This document shows, one piece after another, positions 16,253-25,514 of a DNA stretch of 32,000 nt (positions are counted from its first letter, which is position 1; the number at the start of each line of letters is the position of its first letter). Location: NCBI RefSeq assembly GCF_900187275.1, contig NZ_LT906458.1:2010001-2042000 (forward strand), in the 5' to 3' direction. This DNA is from Pasteurella multocida (GTDB lineage Bacteria > Pseudomonadota > Gammaproteobacteria > Enterobacterales > Pasteurellaceae). A program made the translations under genes and the position numbers. The notes under the pieces were generated by a model. That model saw only the letters and a program-made list of their open reading frames with translations. It was not told where the DNA came from and searched no databases.

Positions 16253-17281
16253 ATGTTAACGAAATTTATTAAAAAATCGACCGCACTTTTAGTGCTTTCT
16301 TTATTTGCGGGTGTCGTCAGTGCACAAAGTGAATTCTCATTAGTGGCAGGGAAATATGGTGAGGTGGAAGGGCAAAAGGTCCAAAAAGTGTTAAGTGCAG
16401 GCAAAGTGGCAGATGTGTTGTTGATTGCATTAGCGCCTGAAAAACTATTAGGTGTATCAAGTGAATTACCGAAGAAAGGGATGCCTTATTTTTCTGAGCA
16501 AGTCCAAAAATTCGAGGTGACAGGGCGCTTGGCAGGACGAGGTTCTACCGCACCATTGGAAAAACTGGTGGCGTTGAAACCGGATATTATTGTAGATGTT
16601 GGTAGTGTGAGTAAAAGTTATCTGGCGACAGCGGAACGGGTTAATCAACAAACCCAACTGCCTTTTGTGTTAGTGGATGGTAAATTCCCACAAACTGCGC
16701 AGCAAATTCGTGAAGTGGCGAAATTAATTGGTAGTGAGGAAAAAGGTGAAAAACTCGCTACTTATGCGGAGAAAGTGCTCGCCCTGACTGAAAATAGTGT
16801 ACGCAATGAGAAACAGCCGGTTACTGTTTACTTTGCTCGTGGCGCGGATGGGTTAGAAACCGGTTTAGCTGGGTCTATCCACGGTGAAGTATTAGATTGG
16901 GTGGGGATGAAAAATGTTGCTGATGTGGCAGGTGAGAAGAAAATTGCACGTGTGTCGATGGAGCAACTTTTACAGTGGCAACCTAATGTGATTTTGACAC
17001 ACGATAAAAATTTCTATGAGTTATTGAAAACCGCAGATGTGTGGCAGCAATTAAGTGCGGTCAAAAATAAGCAATTTTATTTAGTGCCGGCAGAACCGTT
17101 CGGCTGGTTAGATCAGCCACCAAGTGTGAATCGTTTATTAGGTGCGGTATGGTTAGCTCATCATTTTGCCGCCGAGAAGGTGGATGCGAAACAGTATGCG
17201 ATGTTAATTAATGACTACTTTGCGTTGTTCTATGGTCATCAATTAGATCAAAAAGCACAGGCAAAGTTTGGCATTAAATAA
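16253..17281 (+). CDS. Periplasmic substrate-binding protein (class III, iron-siderophore/cobalamin/MolA type)
   Basis: Start at ATG 16253, with SD aaaggag 5 nt upstream. Signal peptide ...SLFAGVVSA/QS. First gene of an operon with a FecCD-type permease. Confidence 0.8.
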   Translation: MLTKFIKKSTALLVLSLFAGVVSAQSEFSLVAGKYGEVEGQKVQKVLSAGKVADVLLIALAPEKLLGVSSELPKKGMPYFSEQVQKFEVTGRLAGRGSTAPLEKLVALKPDIIVDVGSVSKSYLATAERVNQQTQLPFVLVDGKFPQTAQQIREVAKLIGSEEKGEKLATYAEKVLALTENSVRNEKQPVTVYFARGADGLETGLAGSIHGEVLDWVGMKNVADVAGEKKIARVSMEQLLQWQPNVILTHDKNFYELLKTADVWQQLSAVKNKQFYLVPAEPFGWLDQPPSVNRLLGAVWLAHHFAAEKVDAKQYAMLINDYFALFYGHQLDQKAQAKFGIK

Positions 17282-17287
17282 TTCGTT

Positions 17288-18280
17288 ATGAATGTAACCG
17301 CTCGTTTATGGCTACCACCGATATTATTAGTGTTGGTCGCCATATCAGCTTGTTTGATTGGGCAATATCACATCGCCTTGCAAGATGTTTGGCAGGCGGT
17401 ATTGCATATTGCGGCGGATAATCCTCGTACTGATGCCGAAACGGTCTTATGGAATATTCGTTTACCGCGTATTTTTACCGCCATTATTGTCGGTGCGGCG
17501 TTATCTGTTGCCGGGGCAACTTACCAAGGGATGTTTAAAAATCCCTTGGTCTCCCCAGATATTTTAGGCGTGACAGCAGGCGCAGGACTGGGGGCGGTTA
17601 CGGCGATTTATTTTGGCGGTTCGTTATTCACGATTCAAGTCGTTGCATTTTTAGGCGGATTACTAGCAGTATTTTTAGTCTATTTAATCTCACGTACGGC
17701 ACCTCATCACTCACCGACCTTAGCCTTAGTGTTAGCAGGCATTGCGATTGCATCGTTATTAAGTGCGGGCATCTCGTTATTAAAAATCTTATCGGATCCT
17801 TATAGTCAATTAACCACGATCACTTTTTGGTTAATGGGCGGATTAAATATGGCAACCTTAAATGATCTTGCTTTAGTTGCCCCTTTAATTTGTGCTAGTT
17901 TGATTCCTTTAATTTTATTACGTTGGCGGATGAATTTACTCAGTTTAGATGACGAGGAAGCTGAAACATTGGGTATTAATACGAAACGTACACGGCTTAT
18001 TTTTATCTTATCCGCAACACTCATGACTTCAGCTGCGGTGTCTATTACAGGGATTATTGGTTGGGTTGGCTTGATCATTCCGCATATTGCGCGTTTATGG
18101 ATTGGTGCGGATTTCCGGCGTTTATTGCCAACGAGTTTATTTATCGGTGCCACTTTTTTGCTACTCACTGATACCATTGCCCGTTCAATTTTCTCCATAG
18201 AAGTCCCTTTAGGCATTATTACCTCTCTGGTCGGTGCGCCGTTCTTTTTGAGTTTACTCATTCAAGGAGGGAAGCGATGA
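17288..18280 (+). CDS. FecCD/BtuC-family ABC permease
   Basis: 330 aa and about 10 TM segments, with typical FecCD sequence (RLPRI, GAALSVAG, NPLVSPDILG, GIIGWVGLIIPH). Confidence 0.9.
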   Translation: MNVTARLWLPPILLVLVAISACLIGQYHIALQDVWQAVLHIAADNPRTDAETVLWNIRLPRIFTAIIVGAALSVAGATYQGMFKNPLVSPDILGVTAGAGLGAVTAIYFGGSLFTIQVVAFLGGLLAVFLVYLISRTAPHHSPTLALVLAGIAIASLLSAGISLLKILSDPYSQLTTITFWLMGGLNMATLNDLALVAPLICASLIPLILLRWRMNLLSLDDEEAETLGINTKRTRLIFILSATLMTSAAVSITGIIGWVGLIIPHIARLWIGADFRRLLPTSLFIGATFLLLTDTIARSIFSIEVPLGIITSLVGAPFFLSLLIQGGKR

Positions 18281-19032
18281 GTTTGGTCACTTTGAAGCAT
18301 GTGAGTATAGGCTATAAAAAACAGGTGTTAGCTTCGGATCTTAATTTACAGCTTGAGCCGAATCAGGTGGTCTGTTTACTTGGGGCGAACGGCTGTGGCA
18401 AAACCACGTTACTCAAAACGTTGTTAGGTCTATTGCCTACGCTTGCTGGAGAAATATTGTTACAAAACCGACCGCACTTTACCTGGACACAAAAAGAATT
18501 GGCACAATTTATTGGTTATGTGCCACAAGTACATCATTTGTTCCATTTTACCGTACAAGAAGTGGTGCTGATGGGCAGGACTGCCCAACTTGCTTGGTAC
18601 AGTTCTCCTAAACAAAAGGATATTGCGATTGCAGAGCAGTGTCTCTCGACGTTGGGCATCGCCCATTTGAGTCAGCGTTTTTACCATGAAATTAGTGGTG
18701 GGGAGCGTCAATTAGTATTGATTGCTCGTGCTTTAGCACAACAGCCTGCTTTTTTGATTATGGATGAACCAACGTCTAATCTGGATTTTGGTAATCAAAT
18801 TCGCGTATTAGAAAAAATTACACAGCTAAAACAAACAGGATTGTCAATTTTAATGACTACACATCAACCCGAGCACAGCTTTCATGTCGCTGATCGGACT
18901 ATCTTGTTCCATCAAGGTCGTATTATTGCAAACGGTACACCAAAACAAACCCTGACTACACAAAATTTAGCCAAGATTTATCAATTAGACGAAGACGTAT
19001 TACGCAAAAATTTAAGGATATCTTATGAATAA
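18277..19032 (+). CDS. ABC importer ATPase
   Basis: ATGA overlap with the permease gene. Walker A GANGCGKTT, signature ISGGERQ, Walker B FLIMDEPTSNLD, H-loop TTHQP. Confidence 0.9.
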   Translation: MSLVTLKHVSIGYKKQVLASDLNLQLEPNQVVCLLGANGCGKTTLLKTLLGLLPTLAGEILLQNRPHFTWTQKELAQFIGYVPQVHHLFHFTVQEVVLMGRTAQLAWYSSPKQKDIAIAEQCLSTLGIAHLSQRFYHEISGGERQLVLIARALAQQPAFLIMDEPTSNLDFGNQIRVLEKITQLKQTGLSILMTTHQPEHSFHVADRTILFHQGRIIANGTPKQTLTTQNLAKIYQLDEDVLRKNLRISYE

Positions 19033-19837
19033 GCAACAAACTTTACGCGATGTGGATTTTGCCGAACTCTACCGCAATCATTATCAGATGGCATCAAGAG
19101 AACCCAAAACTGCCCAAGATTGGGATCGTAAAGCGGAAAAAATGCAACATTCAGCGTTTGATTTGAATAATCATTATGTGCAGGCATTTGTTAGTCGGAT
19201 GGATCTGAACAACGTAGAAAGCTTACTGGATGTAGGTTGTGGTGGTGGCGCAATTTGTCTTGCGATTGCACCGCAGGTTAAGCAAGTATATGGTTTAGAT
19301 TACAGCGAAGGGATGTTATCCGTGTTACAACAACGTGCGACCAAATTAGGTTTTGAGCACGTTCAAGCCATCCAAAAATCGTGGGATGACAGCTGGGAAG
19401 AGGTTCCTGTATGCGACATTTGCGTGTCTTCTCGTTCTTCTATGGTGGCGGATTTAGATGATGCAATTGATAAGCTCAATGCCAAAGCTAAGAAAGCAGT
19501 GTATATGACCATGATTGTAGAGAAAGATTTTATTGCACGCGACATTCTACAGTATATTGGTCGAGATTCTGTGGGGTTCCCTAATTATATGTACGCACTC
19601 AATTTACTACATCAAAAAGGCTACCACGCCAGTGTCGATTTTATTACTTCAAGTTGTGGTTTAGTCGAACCGGAGAAAATGACGGAAGAAAGTTTTATTC
19701 AATCGGTTCAGTGGTCAATTGGTCAGTTAACGGAGCAAGAAATACAAAAACTGAAAGCCTACTACGCGACACACCCCAACCTTACTTCAGCGCGTGGTGA
19801 GTTCAAAACATGGGCATTCGTGAGTTGGAAAAAATAG
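19025..19837 (+). CDS. Class I SAM-dependent methyltransferase, fourth cistron of the importer operon
   Basis: The ATG overlaps the ATPase stop by 8 nt. Motif I LLDVGCGGG, post-I VYGLDYS. Confidence 0.8.
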   Translation: MNKQQTLRDVDFAELYRNHYQMASREPKTAQDWDRKAEKMQHSAFDLNNHYVQAFVSRMDLNNVESLLDVGCGGGAICLAIAPQVKQVYGLDYSEGMLSVLQQRATKLGFEHVQAIQKSWDDSWEEVPVCDICVSSRSSMVADLDDAIDKLNAKAKKAVYMTMIVEKDFIARDILQYIGRDSVGFPNYMYALNLLHQKGYHASVDFITSSCGLVEPEKMTEESFIQSVQWSIGQLTEQEIQKLKAYYATHPNLTSARGEFKTWAFVSWKK

Positions 19838-19861
19838 TCTAAGCTACCGCACTTGAAACAT

Positions 19862-19890
19862 AAAAAAAGCAGATCATTGATCTGCTTTTT
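19862..19890. terminator. Bidirectional terminator between the methyltransferase gene and tpiA
   Basis: A7-gcagatca-t-tgatctgc-T5. A USS core lies at 19846-19854 just upstream. Confidence 0.8.
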
Positions 19891-19905
19891 ACATTGACGA
19901 ATCAA

Positions 19906-20691
19906 TTAGTTTTTTGCTTTTGCTGCGGCTTTGACGATCACGGCAAAGGCAGGGGCTTTTAATGAGGCACCACCAACTAATGCACCGTCGATATCGGGTT
20001 GAGTAAATAATTCAGCCGCATTCGCATCATTAACTGAACCACCGTATTGGATAATCACTTGTTCTGCCACCGCGTTGTCTTTTTTCGCGATATGACCGCG
20101 GATAAAGGCATGAACTGCTTGTGCTTGAGCAGGGGTTGCTGATTTACCGGTACCGATTGCCCAAATTGGCTCATAAGCGATAACGGCACCATTAAAGGCT
20201 TCAGCGCCTAATGTATTTAATACGGCATCAATTTGGCGTGCGCATACTTCTTCTGTTTTGCCCGCTTCATTTTCGGCTTCACTTTCACCGATACACAATA
20301 CCGGCACTAAGCCTGCTTGTTTTAATGCTGCGAATTTTTTCGCGATGAATTCATCGCTTTCTTTATGATAAGTACGACGCTCAGAGTGACCGATAATGAT
20401 ATATTTTGCACCAAAATCTTTCAGCATTTCTGTTGAAATATCGCCAGTAAAGGCGCCTTGTACATTCACATCGACGTTTTGTGCACCAAGGGCAATGGCT
20501 TTTCCGCCACAACTACAACTGCATTTTAAGGCAGCTTCTGCTTCTGCTAAATACATCACCGGTGGGGCAATTGCCACATCGCAGCCTTCAACACCCGCTA
20601 ATTCTGTTTTTAAGTCTTCGATTAATGCTTTGGTGAATGCTTTGCTACCGTTTAATTTCCAGTTACCCATAACTAAAGGACGACGAGCCAT
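19906..20691 (-). CDS. tpiA: Triosephosphate isomerase
   Basis: Start at [15 protein letters not shown] (ATG 20691, SD ggag). Colinear by eye with E. coli TpiA throughout (most residues identical), apart from a Cys-rich insertion. Confidence 0.95.
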
Positions 20692-20862
20692 AATTTTCTC
20701 CGTATTAAAGTAATAAAAAATAACCGCATTACTATAGCAAATTTTTTCCTCCATTCTGTTGATTTTAGGCAAATTTAAAAAAATTTTTTGTGAAAAGGTG
20801 ATTATTTTGTTTTAAAAAGCTACAATCCACTGTATGGATTAGACAAAAAATGCACGCTTGTG

Positions 20863-21303
20863 ATGAAAATGAAAATATTTAAAGCTGAACAATGGAATTT
20901 AGAGAGTCTTTTACCGCTCTTTGAGCAATATCGTCTTTCGCATGGCATGTCGGAAAATCCTGACCGCACTTTGGCTTTTTTGACGAATCGTATTCGTTTT
21001 AGTGAAAGTATTTTTTTTATTGCTGTCGATGACACACACCAAGCGTTAGGTTTTATTCAGCTTTATCCACGTCTTTCCTCTTTGCAATTACAACGTTATT
21101 GGCAACTGACTGATATTTTTGTGCAAGCCTGTCCTTATAAAACTGAGATCTATGCTGCGTTAATCGCAAAAGCAAAAGAATTTGTGCGTTATACGCAATC
21201 GACGCGTTTAGTGATAGAACAAGCTCCACAGCAACAGGCAATGCTTGAAGCAGAGGGGTTTAAAATGAATACAAAGAAAAGTATTTTTGAGTTGAGTTTA
21301 TAA
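20863..21303 (+). CDS. Small GNAT-family N-acetyltransferase (tentative)
   Basis: About 146 aa. The size and beta-alpha pattern around FIAVDD...GFIQLYP are GNAT-like, but the acetyl-CoA motif is weak. The start could be 20860, 20863 or 20869. Confidence 0.5.
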   Translation: MKMKIFKAEQWNLESLLPLFEQYRLSHGMSENPDRTLAFLTNRIRFSESIFFIAVDDTHQALGFIQLYPRLSSLQLQRYWQLTDIFVQACPYKTEIYAALIAKAKEFVRYTQSTRLVIEQAPQQQAMLEAEGFKMNTKKSIFELSL

Positions 21304-21432
21304 GCCTGTTTTTAACAGGAGAAAATATGCAACAGCATGTTAATCAGCGTTGACGCTCAATTTCAGTACGTTTTACATGGTTACAAGCCTATTACAGTGT
21401 CGCTCTACTAGAGATCGGATTTCTAAACAGAA

Positions 21433-21732
21433 TCACTTCAATAAGGCATTCACTTCGGCAGGGATCACTTTCGGATTAGGAATCAGAATCTGTTTATGTC
21501 TATTTAGCTCACCTTTTTCCAAGACAATGCTACTTTTCGGCACTTTAAAGGTTTTGCTTAAAAATTTGAGTAAGTGGGCGTTAGCTTGTCCATCAATCGG
21601 CGGGGCGGTGATGGTGATTTTGAGTTCATTGTCGTGTAAACCGACGATCTGATCTTTACTGGCTTTCGGTTGCAGAAAAATCCGCAACCGTAAGTGTTCT
21701 TCTTGTTTTTCTACTGCGGGTAGCTGTGTCAC
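21433..21732 (-). CDS. yggU: YggU family protein (DUF167/UPF0235)
   Basis: 99 aa with the motif [18 protein letters not shown]...V.KG. Confidence 0.85.
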   Translation of the reverse strand: MTQLPAVEKQEEHLRLRIFLQPKASKDQIVGLHDNELKITITAPPIDGQANAHLLKFLSKTFKVPKSSIVLEKGELNRHKQILIPNPKVIPAEVNALLK

Positions 21733-21764
21733 AACGCAAATTTCCTAACAATCGACCGCACTTT

Positions 21765-22331
21765 CTAGTAACTGGCTAATGCCCAGTACACATCGAAGAG
21801 ATCGCCTAATAAACTATTTAATAGGAAAAGAATAACGGCTAATACCATTGGGGAAAAATCAATCATACCGGTATTCGGCAGAATACGTTGAATCGGGCGA
21901 AGGAGTGGTTCACTGAGTTGAGCTAAGATGAATTGGAGTGGGGTGGCACCACGGTTAAACCAACTCATCACTGCACCAATTAATAAAACGTAAAAAATCG
22001 CTTTTCCAACGGTACGGACTAAAGTGAGCATACCGATAATGGCGTAGTCTAGGATATCCGCATTGCCGATGAATAAGTTACCTACCACATGTGCAAGTGG
22101 GAATTTTAGACTAAAGAGTAAAAAAGCCAGTAGTAACGCAGCGAGGTTGATATTTTTCACAGTTGGAATAAACGTCGTTAATGGATTTAATACCGGTTGG
22201 GTGATTTTAACCAAGCTTTGTGAAATTGGATTGTAAAAATCCACGCGACTGAATTGGAACCACGCGCGTAATACTAAAATCAGACCATAAAGATCAATAA
22301 TGATAAAAACGAGTAATTGTAATGTATTCAT
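21765..22331 (-). CDS. yggT: YggT-family integral membrane protein
   Basis: 188 aa from ATG 22331 (SD agga) with four hydrophobic segments. yggT-yggU adjacency as in E. coli. Confidence 0.8.
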   Translation of the reverse strand: MNTLQLLVFIIIDLYGLILVLRAWFQFSRVDFYNPISQSLVKITQPVLNPLTTFIPTVKNINLAALLLAFLLFSLKFPLAHVVGNLFIGNADILDYAIIGMLTLVRTVGKAIFYVLLIGAVMSWFNRGATPLQFILAQLSEPLLRPIQRILPNTGMIDFSPMVLAVILFLLNSLLGDLFDVYWALASY

Positions 22332-22348
22332 ATTAACGTCCTGTAGAT

Positions 22349-23299
22349 TTATAACCAGCCTTTGCGTTTGAAATACCAATAAGGTGCAAATGCCGCCAGT
22401 GCCATTAAGCCTAACGCCATAGGATAACCAAATTTAAAGCCTAATTCTGGCATAATATCAAAGTTCATACCATAGTTAGAGGCAACCAGTGTTGGCGGGA
22501 GGAAAATCACCGACACAACCGAGAAGATCTTGATAATACGGTTTTGTTCGATACTGATGAAACCCATTGCCGCTTGCATCAAAAAGTTGACACGTTGGAA
22601 CAGTGACTCGTTGTGAGGTTGGAGAGATTCAATATCGCGTAAGATTTCACGCGCTTGTTCTAACTGGTTTGCTGGTAAGCGTGTTTTACGCACTAAGAAA
22701 CTTAACGCACGTTGCGTATCCATTAAGCATAAACGTACTTTGGAACTGGTGTCTTCTTGTTCCGTTAAGGTGGAGAGTGCTTGGTCAAAGGCTTCCCCTT
22801 GTGTGCCATCTAAAATGACACGACTTAATTTTTCTAAATCTGAGTACACGGTTTCAATCACGTCGGCTAATTGCTCGATTTTGGTTTCAAATAAATCAAG
22901 TAAAACTTCATAAGCGTTACACTCAATCAAGCGTTGACTACGTGAGCGCATACGATATAAACGGAAAGCAGGTAATTCACGATCACGGAGTGTGAAAAGA
23001 CGACCGTCACGCACAGTAAATGCCACGCTGGCTAAGTCGGCATAATCTTCTTCGTCTTCGCAATAAAAGAAAGAGTGAAGGTGTAAACCATCTTCATCTT
23101 CGAAGAAACGTGCCGATGCCTCGATATCTTCTAATTCAAGGAACGTAGCAAGGCTCTGACCTAAGCCTTCTTGTAAAATTTCGCGTTCTTCACTACTTGG
23201 TTCGATGAGATCGAGCCAAATGGCGGAATTTAATTCTGCATTGGTATTTTCATCAATGCGGACAAGGCGTGCATCTTCGAGAGCGAAAGCATTAATCAT
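22349..23299 (-). CDS. corA: Magnesium/cobalt transporter CorA
   Basis: 316 aa from ATG 23299 (SD aaggag). YGMNF motif and two C-terminal TM helices. Confidence 0.93.
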   Translation of the reverse strand: MINAFALEDARLVRIDENTNAELNSAIWLDLIEPSSEEREILQEGLGQSLATFLELEDIEASARFFEDEDGLHLHSFFYCEDEEDYADLASVAFTVRDGRLFTLRDRELPAFRLYRMRSRSQRLIECNAYEVLLDLFETKIEQLADVIETVYSDLEKLSRVILDGTQGEAFDQALSTLTEQEDTSSKVRLCLMDTQRALSFLVRKTRLPANQLEQAREILRDIESLQPHNESLFQRVNFLMQAAMGFISIEQNRIIKIFSVVSVIFLPPTLVASNYGMNFDIMPELGFKFGYPMALGLMALAAFAPYWYFKRKGWL

Positions 23300-23593
23300 T
23301 TTGTCATACTCCTTAATTGGATTATGAACAACGCTATGAACAAAAGCGATCAAACGAAATCTTGTTAAAAAGAATTCAACGATAAAAGTGCGGTTAAATT
23401 TTCATTCGTTTGACTAGTGGTGATTGATATTTCAATAACCGAAAAAAGATGCCGAATAAAGCAGTGGAAGAAAAGATCTCTCAGCGAACCCTCGCCGATG
23501 TTAAGGAAATGGCGAAAGTTACAGTAAAAACTCAATTCGGTATCGACTGTGACTGTCCAAAGTGTGTGTCCTCATATTACTAAATCGGGGCGA

Positions 23594-23622
23594 ATGTTAC
23601 GCTTGAAAACTGGCTTCGTCAA
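23594..23622 (-). promoter_or_regulatory. Candidate sigma70 promoter, which would give a ~290-nt corA leader
   Basis: The - strand reads TTGACG (23617-23622), a 17-nt spacer, then TAACAT (23594-23599). I found no better promoter closer to corA. Confidence 0.35.
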
Positions 23623-23660
23623 GGTTTTATGCGCACTAATGTGGAATTCTTATGCATGGC

Positions 23661-23692
23661 AAAATGAAAAAGGCGAACTAAACTGTTCGCCT
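23661..23692 (-). terminator. Rho-independent terminator of yggL
   Basis: Stem aggcgaac (23671-23678) pairs with gttcgcct (23685-23692). On the - strand it is followed by TTTTTCATTTT. Confidence 0.8.
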
Positions 23693-23704
23693 CGCATAAA
23701 AGGA

Positions 23705-24049
23705 TTATGCATCTTTTGCTGGATATTCCCACCAGATATCAAATAATGGGCTGATTTCGATTTGTTGTAAGCCGTTTTGCTCTAACCATTCTTTGACTAA
23801 GGTGCGATGGCTTTCATCACATTTGCCTAGGGCTTCTAAGCAGACTAAACCTTCCCAATGTAAGTAACCACTGCCTTCATAAGCAAGACCGTTTGGCTGG
23901 ATTACCTCACAAATAAAGCGATCAACCACTTCATCAACTTTCTCGATGGCCGTACCTTCTGCAAATTGCCAATTCACTAAGAAACCTAGTTCTTGGAATT
24001 CAGCAAGGTGCATTTTTTTACGTTGTCTTCTGTTACGTTTAATCGCCAT
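23705..24049 (-). CDS. yggL: YggL family protein (DUF469)
   Basis: 114 aa, starting MAIKRNRRQRKKMHLAEFQELGF. Sits downstream of trmB, as in E. coli. Confidence 0.85.
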   Translation of the reverse strand: MAIKRNRRQRKKMHLAEFQELGFLVNWQFAEGTAIEKVDEVVDRFICEVIQPNGLAYEGSGYLHWEGLVCLEALGKCDESHRTLVKEWLEQNGLQQIEISPLFDIWWEYPAKDA

Positions 24050-24131
24050 GTTCGATTCTCCTCTCTGTTGGCTGATAAAATTTGTTTTACATTATGCCAG
24101 ACTTTTGTTCAAAAAGTGCGGGCTTGTTTTT

Positions 24132-24899
24132 TTATTTTTTGATGTAGTAGAGATCCCACACGCCATGTCCTAAACGATGTCCACGTTGCTCAAATTTAGT
24201 TAATGGACGGAAATCCGGGCGTGGAATGTAATCATGGGTCGCTGATGTATTTTGTAAACCTTCGGCTTGTTGCAACACGGCTAACATATGCTCTGCATAG
24301 TTTTCCCAGTCGGTGGCCATGTGAATAAAACCACCTGTTGTCAACTTTTGTGTAATGGTATTCACAAATTGCGGTTGGACGATGCGGCGTTTGTGGTGCT
24401 TTGCTTTATGCCATGGATCCGGGAAGAATAATTGCAAACCACCTAAGCTGTGGTCCGCAATGCAATCACGTAAAATTTCGGTGGCATCATGGCAAATGAT
24501 ACGTAAATTTTTTACCCCTTTTTCCACCGCATAGGCGATACAAGCCCCGACACCAGGCGTGTGAACTTCGATCCCTAAATAATTGCGCTCAGGGTTTTGC
24601 AGTGCCATGTCAACTAAAGAGTGTCCCATACCAAAGCCAATTTCGAGTACCACAGGATTATTGTTTCCATAAATAGCAGGAAAATCAAAGGGCTGGTTTT
24701 GATGTTCTAAACCGTAGAATCCCCAATGTTGATTCATGGCATTTTTTTGAAATTCACTCAAACGCCCCGTACGTAATACGAAACTGCGAACTTTGCGTTT
24801 ATAGCGCCCCTCTGCGGTAAATTCGGCAACTTCCACAGTTTTACGTTTTTGATCAGCAAAGGTTGGTAAATTCTCTGATTCTTGATTATTAAATGACAT
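24132..24899 (-). CDS. trmB: tRNA (guanine46-N7)-methyltransferase
   Basis: 255 aa with motifs [15 protein letters not shown] and [14 protein letters not shown]. Confidence 0.93.
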   Translation of the reverse strand: MSFNNQESENLPTFADQKRKTVEVAEFTAEGRYKRKVRSFVLRTGRLSEFQKNAMNQHWGFYGLEHQNQPFDFPAIYGNNNPVVLEIGFGMGHSLVDMALQNPERNYLGIEVHTPGVGACIAYAVEKGVKNLRIICHDATEILRDCIADHSLGGLQLFFPDPWHKAKHHKRRIVQPQFVNTITQKLTTGGFIHMATDWENYAEHMLAVLQQAEGLQNTSATHDYIPRPDFRPLTKFEQRGHRLGHGVWDLYYIKK

Positions 24900-25022
24900 A
24901 TTTTTGTTTATAATGAGGCTAATTTGCCGCGAATTATACGGTTTTTGTTGGAAAACACCAAGCTTGTCGAGCAGGCTTGTGTATTTATTGACATTTTATA
25001 CTTGGTTGGAAAGGAATGTGAT

Positions 25023-25514
25023 ATGTCTCAAAAATACCCGAAGCCAATGATTATCCTTCATTGGCTCACATTATTGTTAGTGTTAATAGCTTATTTTACA
25101 GGGGATTATCCGCCTGCGGATGGCTTGATGGGGGAGATACATGTAGCAAGTGGTCTAAGTCTTGCCATGTTGTTGCTGTTACGTGTGGGGTTACGTTGGC
25201 ATTATCGCAATCAATTGCCTGCACATAAGCTAACGCGTTGGCAACATATTGCCGCACATTCTGTGCAAATGTTGCTTTATTTATGTCTGTTGCTGACGCC
25301 TATTGCTGGGTATTTTACATTGACTGCTGATGCGGATGACTTTATGTTATTTGGGATGAACTTGCCTTATTTTAGTCTTGAAATTTCTTTAGGTAAGGCA
25401 CATGTGATTTTGGCGAATAGCTTTATTGCGTTGTCAGGCGTGCATGCCTTAGCAGCACTATTTCATCATGTTGTCTTAAAAGATAATGTGTTAAAGAGTA
25501 TGTCGCCACATTAA
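25023..25514 (+). CDS. Cytochrome b561-family (CybB-like) four-helix membrane protein
   Basis: 163 aa from ATG 25023. Four hydrophobic helices carry His residues (ILHW, EIHV, AHVIL, GVHALAALFHH) placed as in di-haem b561 proteins. Confidence 0.6.
   Translation: MSQKYPKPMIILHWLTLLLVLIAYFTGDYPPADGLMGEIHVASGLSLAMLLLLRVGLRWHYRNQLPAHKLTRWQHIAAHSVQMLLYLCLLLTPIAGYFTLTADADDFMLFGMNLPYFSLEISLGKAHVILANSFIALSGVHALAALFHHVVLKDNVLKSMSPH

Noticed and set aside
15878-16404. ORFs 15878-16147 (-), 15880-16182 (+) and 16102-16404 (-) around the GT2 terminator and the SBP start
   Set aside because: They overlap the ends of well-supported genes and run through a terminator hairpin. No SD and no motifs.
21327-21353. 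Mini-ORF MQQHVNQR with a strong SD (aggag, 5-nt spacing) just after the GNAT gene, plus ORF 21350-21652 (+)
   Set aside because: The SD-like sequence is one arm of the hairpin cctgtt/aacagg after the GNAT stop. There is no downstream + strand gene for it to regulate. The 100-aa ORF is antisense to yggU.
23441-23660. 6S RNA (ssrS) or another known sRNA in the yggL-corA spacer
   Set aside because: There are short resemblances to E. coli 6S segments (tctctcag..gccgat). However, the 5' and 3' ends do not form the long closing stem, the conserved central-bubble sequences are absent, and the usual zapA/ygfA context is missing. It also does not resemble RNase P, 4.5S or GcvB from memory. I kept it only as an unexplained-spacer finding.
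23549-23746. 65-aa ORF on the + strand in the yggL-corA spacer
   Set aside because: It has no SD, runs through the yggL terminator and into the yggL coding region in antisense, and has implausible composition.
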